From Macrostomum lignano (lineage: Eukaryota), in NCBI GenBank assembly GCA_002269645.1, contig NIVC01001639.1, forward strand, positions 1-64,000: DNA of 64,000 nucleotides, written 5' to 3'. Below the pieces are notes generated by a model that worked only from the letters and a program-made list of their open reading frames with translations, did no database searches and had not been told where the DNA came from. The position numbers and the translations under genes are program-made. This document shows positions 13,671 through 23,295 of the stretch, one piece after another. Within the stretch, counting starts at the first letter, position 1. Each line of letters begins with the position of its first letter.

Positions 13671-15454
13671 TCAAACATCTTGACTTTCACGGAGACAGTC
13701 AAGCCGGGATGCGGTCAGCTCAATAACAATTAGAGCCACGACAAGAAGGGCCAGGACGCTCATAAACAGCACAAAGAAGCATCTGTCGGCGGCCAGAGCC
13801 ACAATACGCCATTCGTTACACCGATCGGACTCGGCCGCACGATTTGCGTCCGCAACTCGTTCGGATCGATCTGAATTTGGCTGGGAATTCCCGACTTGGG
13901 CCTGCAAATGGCCAGAGAGGGATTTTTCTAAAGCATGTGGGGCCTTTTTCAATGAGCTAACAAATGCTTGTCGAGAGTCACTCTCACGCAGTTTCCAATT
14001 TGCAGGCCCTTCAGGACGAATCGATTGAGAAAGAGCACCCGAACGGCTCTGTTGTCCACGAGAGTGTCGGCTTGCTGTCGCAGATGGCAGCCCAGAACGA
14101 AAACGTTGCCGAGTACGTTCGCCATTGTCATGACAACAGCCAGGCTGTAGTAACCCGCTGTAGCCAGAGACAGTTATGGTTAATAAAGAAAACAATAATG
14201 AAAATTGTAAACGAAATGACACTCACTAAGCAGGGTAACGGACTCGCTCTGATTTGGAGTGTAGTTGCCAGAGAGCTGCAAGAACACGCACATTGACAGC
14301 ACAATGGTGACGCTGAACGAGACTCGCTCGCCGCACTCTGGCGGCAGTCGAAAGGTGAGAGCGGAGATGGCGAGCAGCAAGATGCTGGGCAGGATGAGGT
14401 TCACCAAATAGAATGTAGATCTTCTCTACAATACAACCAGATCACTCGTTAATGAATTAATTTTGAATCGAACCAACTACCTTGACCCACTAGTTATTAA
14501 CCGCAGAGGCAACTCTGAGTTAGCACTATACCTGAAATGTGACACTGAACTCAATGTAGGCGTAGGTAGTCATGTCCCTCATTCTGTTGCTCATCCGGAG
14601 CAGACAGTACTCGTTGCTCTCTGTGAGAAACGTCGTCACAGTGTCGCTTGGATTTAGTGAACCAATTTGCAGAGCGACGCTCTCGGTGATCATGATGTTG
14701 GCCAGCTTCAGGACGCAAGTCTGCCTGTCGTACGGGAAGTTCAGCAGCTTTAGCTGACACTTCGAGGTTACTTGGACTTCGACTATTTGGTGCACTCTAC
14801 CGTTGCTGAAAACCTTTGCGGGCGATTTACCGGCGGTCAAGTCCTTAACTTCTATGCTGGAATGGCAGCGGAACGCATGTCGATAATTTATAAAAAGATA
14901 AAACTTTGTAATGGATTAGAGTAGTCTTACACGTCATAAAATGTGACATCCGGTTGCCAGATCATATTCACGGGAACAATTATGCTTTTCACCTGGTCAT
15001 AGCTGGAATTAAATTTTCCAAGCCACGATAACCGTTGGTCTATCCAGTTCTGAAGTGTAATAAACTTGAAAATTAAACTAATAACTTCTCATACATTAGA
15101 TAAATACTATAAAACTAATTGTGAAATTGTCAAACCATCGATAGCCAAAGTTGCTGAGTCAAATGCTGCGCCGTTGAGTCCTGAAGAGTAAAAGTTTTGA
15201 ATAACCATATCGCGTGAATGACAAATTGATTGACGCTGTCTCACCATTTTGACCAGGCTCGCAAACAGGACAAAAGCGTTGATTAGGTTGGCGGTGCCAT
15301 TGTCAGGGGGCGGCCGGGCTCCAGCTACGTAGACTCCGCCCGAGGTCAATCCGAGACCACGCATCAAAACTTCGTCCGGCGAAGGCGCGAACCCATCTGT
15401 CAGGTTGCAGGTGCAGCAGAGAGCCAGAGGGAAAATCACTGGGATGACGCGCAT
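13671..15454 (-). CDS. Cys-loop ligand-gated ion channel subunit A (divergent nAChR-like, cation-type pore), 7 exons, 432 aa
   Basis: Exons 15454-15245, 15180-15136 (45-nt exon typical of nAChRs), 15049-14931, 14856-14532, 14425-14227, 14157-13988 and 13901-13671; all GT-AG and phase-consistent. Signal peptide, RPP motif, W-x-PD, Cys-loop CQLKLLNFPYDRQTC, M1-M2 PECGERVSF and M4 EWRIVALAADRC. Confidence 0.9.
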
Positions 15455-15906
15455 CGCAGTAATGAATCGACTGGTCAGGATTGGCAGCTTGAAGAGTCCG
15501 CCCGCTGTCTGCTTTTAGTTCAACTACTAAATGGGCTTATTTGCCACGAGTCTGGGGAGAGGCAAGCATATTTACACGGCTAAAGTTTGATGAAAATGGC
15601 CACCTGACTTAATAAGCGAACCAATGGCTTGCATTGTAGTCCGGGTTTCGACCGGTACCGGTTTCCACTTCCAATAGACCAGCAGGGGAGCTAGATTATA
15701 GAGGCTCACATTAAATGACAGTTATTTGCTGAAACAGTTTTGCAGGTTTCTCCGAAGTGAAGAGTAACTATTGACTCAGTAGCAGCTTCACTTGCATGTA
15801 GAGCAGCGCCAACCATAGAAACGAATTATTCATATTGCGTACTGCATAAAGTTCCACAAAAGTGGAAATGACATAACACAGCATGTAAAGTATTGCGTTC
15901 GAGTTG

Positions 15907-16265
15907 GGGGCCGTAGCCCAGCGGTAGCGCAGCTGCTCTGGTGTGCCAGCGACCCAGGCTCGATTCCAAGTGCAGTCACATTAATTTGGGGCTGAATTGG
16001 AATCTCGGCTTGGCTCTGCTCGTGCAATTAACGGCCTTGAGAGCCAACCCCCCAAGGCGCAGGGAAGTGTACATGCCTAACGATAATATAAAGTTAGAGC
16101 CGCTGTACACTCCTGTGTGAGTGTGTGCCTGCGTACGTATCCGCGCGCTTGTATGCCTGCTCAGGGGAGTCGACGGAATGGACAGTAATGCCTCTCGCCG
16201 GTTGTGTGCCTATGTCGCTTAAAGTGCGCCAGGGTGCACACAACCCCCATGCCTCTAATAAAAAA
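15907..16265 (+). mobile_element. tRNA-derived SINE, full length
   Basis: A-box TAGCCCAGCGG (15914-15924), B-box GGCTCGATTCC (15957-15967), A-rich end, and 15-bp target-site duplication ATTGCG[T/G]TCGAGTTG at 15892-15906 and 16266-16280 (14/15). Homologous copies lie at 1660-1935, 21240-21400 and 41101-41170. Confidence 0.85.
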
Positions 16266-16374
16266 ATTGCGGTCGAGTTGCCACACTATGAAGTTATAAA
16301 GTGAAACGAGGGATATATGGAAACAGTTTGCAAGAGTTATGAGGCATATTGAACAGCAGAATAGAATCAACCAT

Positions 16375-16600
16375 GGACAACAACACTAGTACAACCTCTG
16401 TCTTCATGTCTTCGATCGGCACATTGCACTCGATTTTCATCTCTTGAAGCCAACGGTTACACACTCCAACGGCCCACTTCAGATCTCTAATGTTGTCCAA
16501 GTTGCCGCGATTAACATTCTGATCACGCTGATCTAGCCCTTCTGCTGAAAGCCGATTAACCGATTCGTAGTCTCCAGCGAAGTCTTCACTGAAGTCAACT
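16375..16600 (-). mobile_element. Possible Crypton/DUF3504-like tyrosine-recombinase transposon N-terminal remnant
   Basis: KWAVGVCNRWL..IEDM..LLS in ORF 16294-16674 resembles, from memory, the N-terminus of Crypton-type proteins. No catalytic domain is visible. Confidence 0.35.
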
Positions 16601-17431
16601 TCAGTTGGTTTAAAATATAACTTTCTTCCATTTTTCCTTGCCAGTATTACCAGTAAGCTTAGACTTTGCTTCAAGATCAGTCATGGGTTAAAGCCGAGTT
16701 AAAGGAGGGGGAGACAGACTAAACAATGCGAATCTCTTTTATGTCTATGGTCTCATGTCTTTTCTATCTTCTCAATTAAATACCGTCTTTTCATGTCCAG
16801 TAAAATCAAGTTGAAATGTATTCCAATAACTCCCACAAAATGAAAGTGGTTTAAAATAATAAGTGTGCCATACATGTAGTTTTGAGGTTGGTTTGAGTTT
16901 CAGTCCCGAGAGCCGGCCGAAACCTCTCGGAAAATGGACTTCAACGTGGTTTAATGAGAGCTTGTAGAGGCGCCACTAGAGAGTAATTCGACACCAAAAT
17001 TAGTTCCATTAATATTTCGGATAGTATAGAATTATTTGGAAAAAACTGAAACAATTGAAAACTGCGTATTCTGATGTTGCCTTTTTGATTGTTAAATCTT
17101 TAATTGACTTGATTTATCTTCAGGGGGTTCCGGGCATCCGGGTACAGTGGGGAGGCGTCGCCGACCATTCCGCTAACCCCTGGCAACCACGGGCAGCTAG
17201 TGCTGCGGTGTCGCGCAGGGAGATCCGGTGGTGCCGGTGTCCGCAGCGCAGTCCCCCTCCCGAGAGTGCAGAAGGTGGATGGTCGCTCACCCGGTAGCTC
17301 TTAGTTAGCAGACGAGTTGATTATGTAATCAAACACTGACTGCGCTTAGTCAGACCCTAATCAGACCTTAGTTATGACCGTCAGTAAGTACGAGTAAAGT
17401 TGTAAAGATAGGCTTGTATGCACTTATAGGC

Positions 17432-20400
17432 TCAGGCACCCAGACAATCGCTCCTGGAGACGGAGGTTTCAACAACTAGGAGGGCGATGGCGAGAGACAT
17501 TGTGGCAGCCAGCATGACCAGGAAGAAGCAGCTGTCTGCCGCAGATGCCACGATCGCGAATTCGTTTTCCAAAACTCCCCGATCGTCCGGAGTTGGCCCG
17601 ACAGTTTTTCTGTCGTTGCTGATTCCGCAGAGCGCCAGCCGGTTGAGAAACAGCAGGCGAATGGCTCGGCTTTGAACGCGCGACTCGCTGAACTGTCGAT
17701 AATGACAGCTCAGGACGAAAGCGTTGCCAACTACGGTTAGAATTGTCATGGCAACCGCCATGCTGTAGTAACAGGCTGCAATTGTTTAATTGTGGTTGTG
17801 AATACAAGCGTCCTGGACATACATCAGGGGTCGAGAAACTCCGGACCGCAAAGCCTCTCTATCCGGCCCTCGGATCCTTTGAAACTTCACAATGCCTCCG
17901 GCTCGCTCAAGGTTTGTCTCTTCTCTTCTCTCTCTATTTTTCTCCACTCCACTCCACTCCACTGCACTCCATTCCACTCCACTCCACTCCACTCCACTCC
18001 ACTCCACTCCACTCCACTCCACTCCACTCCACTCCACTCCACTCTACTCCACTCCACTCCACTCCACTCCACTCCACTCCACTCCACTCCACTCCACTCC
18101 ACTCCACTCCACTCCACTCCACTCCACTCCACTCCACTCTACTCCACTCCACTCCACTCCACTCCACTCCACTCCACTCCACTCCACTCCACTCCACTCC
18201 ACTCCACTCTACTCCACTCCACTCCACTCCACTCCATTCCACTCCATTATACTCCACTCCACTCCACTCCACTCCACTCCACTCCACTCCATTCCACTCC
18301 ATTATACTCCACTCCACTCCACTCCACTCCACTCCACTCCACTCCACTCCACTCCACTCCACTCCACTCCACTCCACTCCACTCCACTCCACTCCACTCC
18401 ACTCCACTCCACTCCACTCCACTCCACTCCACTCCATTATACTCCACTCCACTCCACTCCACTCCACTCCACTCCACTCCACTCCAATCCACTCCACTCC
18501 ACTCCACTCCACTCCACTCCACTCCACTCTACTCCACTCCACTCCACTCCACTCTACTCCACTCCACTCCACTCCACTCCACTCCACTCCACTCCACTCC
18601 ACTCCACTCCACTCTACTCCACTCCACTCCACTCCACTCTACTCCACTCCACTCCACTCCACTCCACTCCACTCCACTCCACTCCACTCCACTCCACTCC
18701 ACTCCATTCCACTCCACTCCACTCCACTCCACTCCACTCCACTCCACTCCACTCCACTCCACTCCACTCCAATCCACTCCATTATACTCCACTCCACTCC
18801 ACTCCACTCCACTCCACTCCACTCCACTCCACTCCACTCCATTCCTCTCCTCTCTTCTCCTCTACTTTCCCCTACTCTCATCTCCTCTCCTTCTCTTCTC
18901 TCTTCTCCACTCCTCTCCTTCTCTTCTCTCTTCTCCACTCCTCTCTCCTCTCTTCCTCGCTCCTGCCATGCGCTAGATTCTCTATCTGGCCTTTGAGAAT
19001 AAAAGTGTACCGACCCCTAGCATAAATGGAACAGTAAGCTGTAAAATACCAGCACGCTTACTAAGCAGGGGAACGGACTCGCTCTGCGTTGGAGTGTAGT
19101 TGCCAGAGAGCTGCAGGAACACGCACATTGACAGTACAATGGTGACGCTGAACGAGACTCGCTCGCCGCACTCTGGCGGCAGTCGGAAGGTGAGAGCGGA
19201 GATGGCGAGCAGCAGGATGCTGGGCAGGATGAGGTTCACAACGTAAAACTTGGACATGCGCTGTTGATAAAAAGTGAATTCTGTTTTTTGCTTGGCTTCT
19301 GTCGTGAGAGTTTTCTTAAATAATCCAACCTGAACAATATGGAAGAGCAAACTTGACAGCAAACAGAATCAAAAGTCTCCGGCAAACTTACCTGAAAGCT
19401 CACTAAAAACTCAGCGTACTCGTAGCCCACAGCTGGCACTATACGGAGACTCAAATTCGCAATGCAAAATTCATTGCTCTTGACCAGAAACTCGACCAGC
19501 GCTTCGTCCAGAGCTTTTCCGTGCGGTTCAACATTCAGCTTGATCTTCTCCGGTCGCTGCATCATCGTGGCCGCTTTGATGATGCAGACCTGCTTATCGT
19601 ACGGAAAGTGCAGCATTGACATGCCGCACTTCAGAGTCACTACTTGACCAACTGTGCGCAGGACTTTGCCGCTGCGTTCTAACAGCGCTGGCGCGACTGC
19701 AGCGGTGATGTCTTTCACCTCCATGCTGCGCGGTTCGGTAGGTGCAAGGGGGGAGGCGAAATATGACAATACACTTTTTTAGTGAAACTATTTTTTCATT
19801 CACACCCGTAGCTTAAGGCTATTATTTGCAGACAAACTTGTGCTTCTTTCAGCAGGACATTGGTCAAGCAGTCGCCTATGCGACCTATAGCTCCCTGCGA
19901 CTTTTTCTATTCCCGAATCTCAAGGAAGTGCTCAAAGAAACTCGTTTTTCCAACCTATAGAAGTCATCAGGAGCACCACGACGATGGAGCTCCGGAGTAT
20001 TCCTGAAGAAACCTTCCAGTACCCCACCTGGGACTTTTTTGACACACCTCATGTGTGTTGAGTCCGAGGCGCACTCACAGGCTTATCAAGCTAGCTTTCC
20101 GTGTGAAATGCTACTAAAATAGCTAACTGAGATAGGCATTTTCCAATCGCATTATGTGTTGTACTCGTAAGACACACGAACTCGAATGGTATCTCGAACA
20201 AATCTTCAAGTTTGCCGCATTTTGCCTAGTTCGAGCCTCGGGTAGAATTCACCACCGCTGTCGCCTCTGTGTCCTTGATTTCTTGATGTTGATCAGCGGC
20301 CAGTTCAACTAGACTCGATGTGTCGTGACTCTCTTGGTGCCTCTTGTCGAAAGCCCCCGGCCCTACATCCAAGTCCGCTCCCCAGTTCGACTTGTGTTTG

Positions 20401-22190
20401 GTGAAACCCCGAAAGGTACGTCATCACTGAACACAAAGAACAATCTCTGCTGATGGCAATCTCGTTTTCTCACATTTTCTGATAATTTAATAATTGGAAA
20501 TATTTTTCTCAAAGGTCTCCTAAATTTGTCTCTCTTTTCCCTCTTATTCTGATCTTCTCTCGTTGCTCTTATTTTACCGTCTCAAAAATTTGTCTATGGT
20601 TAGAATATGGGGGCTTCGCTCCCCCACCTTAACGGACGCTAGCAGCAGAAACTATCTATGGTAAAGTGCGTACTACAAATATGTCTATGGCCTTTGACAG
20701 CTATCAATGTCGTCTGCCAATTCCTCCTCACACATCATAGAACGCAACATCCGGCATCCAGATTCGTTCTACCGGCACCAGAATGTTGCTAGTTGAATTT
20801 GCGGTGGCATTGACTTTGTCCATCCATGACAGTCGGCTGTCAAGCCATTCCTGCAATGCAGTATAGACAGAGCTAGTATGAGAACACATATGACTGTTTT
20901 ATTGTAAACTTATTCTCACCAGAGATAGCCATAGTTGCAGTATGATCTCTTGTGCAGATGAGTCCTGGGAGTTGAAAAAAATTATAATTCAATTAGGGAG
21001 AAGCAGGTAAGAGCAAGCATGACTACAATCTAACGCCGCTCAATATTAGGCCTTCGCCATGAATTTTATCTACGACAAAGTCAATCGTCTGGAGTGACCT
21101 CACAGTATTCATCAAATCACATACGTTGTACCACTTTGCGATTGCCTCTCTGCAGCTACTTCATCGGTACTGAAGCTCTGCTCGAACTTCATCTAGAAAT
21201 AAAATCCGCTGTTCTGTCACAGGTAAATGTGTCTGACTCTTGCGCTACGACCCCTGGTTTAATTACGTATTTAATTACATTAATTTGGAGCTAAAATTTT
21301 ACAGGGGGTTGTCGTGTGATTTACTCCCATGAGGGCCAACCACCAAGGCACAGAGAGTGTACATGCCTGATGACTAGAAAGTCAGGGTCATGTGTGACAG
21401 CATGTGCTCATGCCTGACGACTAGAAAGTCAGGGTCATGTGTGACAGCATGTGCTCATGCCTGACGACTAGAAAGTCAGGGTCATGTGTGACAGCATGTG
21501 CTCATGCCTGACGACAAGAAAGTCAGGGTCATGTGTGACAGCATGTGCTCATGCCTGATGACTAGAAAGTCAGGGTCATGTGTGACAGCATGTGCTCATG
21601 CCTGATGATTAGAAAGTCAGGGTCATGAGTGACAGCATGTGCTCATGCCTGACGACTAGAAAGTCAGGGTCATGTGTGACAGCATGTGCTCATGCCTGAC
21701 GACTAGAAAGTCAGGGTCACGTGTGACAGCATGTGCTCATGCCTGACGACTAGAAAGTCAGGGTCATGTGTGACAGCATGTGCTCATGCCTGACGACTAG
21801 AAAGTCAGGGTCATGTGTGACAGCATGTGCTCATGCCTGACGACTAGAAAGTCAGGGTCAGCACTGGTACTTAGGACGATGTCGCGGAAGGCGAAGGCGT
21901 GGAGACGGTCCCTGCTGCAAAAATTCATCTATATAATTCATGAAGCGTCATAGCAAGCGACGGTTTTTGCTCACCACCTTCACCAGGCTGTTTAGCTGAA
22001 TAAACACTGTCACGGTATTTGCCTGCCCGTTGTCAGGCGGTGGCCGAGCATCCCTGTTGTAGGAACCGTTGCGCAGACCCAGCAGGTGCATCGCCAGATC
22101 GTCAAATGAAGCTTTGTCAGACTGTGATGTCGACTGCGACGGGAGTGTGACGAAGCTAACGGCAAAAGTGATAATATGAAGAATGTTCAT
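17432..22190 (-). CDS. Cys-loop ligand-gated ion channel subunit B (paralog of A), 6 exons, 418 aa
   Basis: Exons 22190-21975, 20964-20920 (45 nt), 20850-20732, 19725-19392, 19260-19062 and 17775-17432, phase-consistent. Signal peptide, RPPPDNG, EWLDSRL, IWMPD, Cys-loop [24 protein letters not shown], short M3-M4 loop. Confidence 0.9.
17942..18957. repeat. (CTCCA)n pentanucleotide array grading into CT-rich sequence, in the last intron of channel B
   Basis: Direct periodicity; source of the STPLH/EWSGV ORFs. Confidence 0.97.
21364..21860. repeat. 47-bp minisatellite (about 10.5 units) derived from the SINE hairpin segment, in intron 1 of channel B
   Basis: Unit TGCCTGACGACTAGAAAGTCAGGGTCATGTGTGACAGCATGTGCTCA, preceded by SINE-homologous sequence at about 21240-21363. 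Confidence 0.93.
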
Positions 22191-22866
22191 GTCTAGTTAC
22201 GGCTAATGAATTTCTGGCTTTCAATTTCGTTGAGTTGGTGAGCCAAAAGCAGTTGGAAGCTGGCGAGAGTGGGATAAAAGTAAAACGATTCTGTATTTGC
22301 TAACAGCTGAAATCTCTTCCCCAACCAATACCCGCAAGTGGCATTTAGCATCCCTCATGAACCTACTGCAAACGGCTATGCCACATGCTAGACAAATAAT
22401 GGTTGGCAAACAGAGGTGAAACACTCCGCCGAGAGCTATGCTACCCGAGTAACACCGATCGGTAGACCGAGACAATCGAGGTTACCGGATCAAATTAGCT
22501 ACTCAATCAGTTTCATTGTAACTTTTCAGCACTTCAGTCTTCAATTCAGTTCGGCTAAACCAGTTTGCCCTTCATTGTCCAAATTGAAGAACGCAATACA
22601 GCCCTGTTATCAAAAGTTGCGGTGGCTGCTGAATTTTAAGTTAGGAACAGTTGCCTGTTTGGATAGATATTTGTTGTCTATACTGTCGGGAAGTGCAACC
22701 GCCAACAAACGGAAATGAGACCGCCAAAACGATTGGCACTTGCGACTTGTTTTTGTTTTAGACTCGTTAGCAGTGTTGGACAGCGTTATTAAAAAATTCT
22801 AATTCCGTTAGTGGGAAAAACGCGTTAGCGTTGAAATGAATAATAAGTAACTTCGTAACGGCATTA

Positions 22867-22890
22867 AGACAGACAGACAGACAGACAGTC

Positions 22891-22935
<45 letters not shown>

Positions 22936-22956
22936 CACAGACAGACAGACAGACAC

Positions 22957-22987
<31 letters not shown>
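22867..22987. repeat. (CAGA)n microsatellite abutting the 3' side of a LINE fragment
   Basis: Direct periodicity. Confidence 0.97.
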
Positions 22988-22989
22988 CC

Positions 22990-23295
22990 GGCAGTACAAC
23001 TCGCCGCTGCTGATGTGGCCTGCAAGCTGGATTCGCTCACGGCGCAACAGATCGCTTGAACGGACCGGGCCGGCGCGGCGATACTGTAGTGCCTCGTTGG
23101 AAACTCGCTCGTCGCAGATCTTGAAGGCGGTGCGCAGCATCCACTTGTTGCTTCAGCGAGTCCGTCAGCGTTTAGGTCTCAGCGTTGTACAGCAGGACGG
23201 TCTCGACCACCGCCTGGAACAACGCTGCCCTCTGGCGGTCAGACAGGGCCTCGGACTGCAGGACTGCCCTCACGGAACGGAAGGCAGCCCAGGCA
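22990..23295 (-). mobile_element. Degenerate RTE-like LINE RT C-terminal fragment
   Basis: AWAAFRSVRAVLQSEALSDRQRAALFQAVVETVLLYNAET*TLTDSL...MLRTAFKI..SNEALQY..RRERIQLAGH. Confidence 0.8.

Noticed and set aside
13949-14000. Apparent frameshift or premature stop making channel A a pseudogene
   Set aside because: An 86-nt GT-AG intron (13987-13902) joins M3 and M4 in frame.
15907-15980. Functional tRNA gene
   Set aside because: The cloverleaf and acceptor stem are imperfect and the B-box is mutated. The sequence continues into a SINE body with a TSD.
17221-17300. SRP (7SL) RNA or HDV-like ribozyme identity for the GC-rich island
   Set aside because: The similarity is only superficial: the SRP S-domain motif and the HDV P3/L3 geometry are absent.
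21364-21860. 47-bp array as a CRISPR array or as tandem hammerhead ribozymes
   Set aside because: The units are contiguous with no unique spacers and there are no cas genes. CUGACGA-CUA-GAAA-GUC leaves no room for stems II and III, and stem I does not pair.
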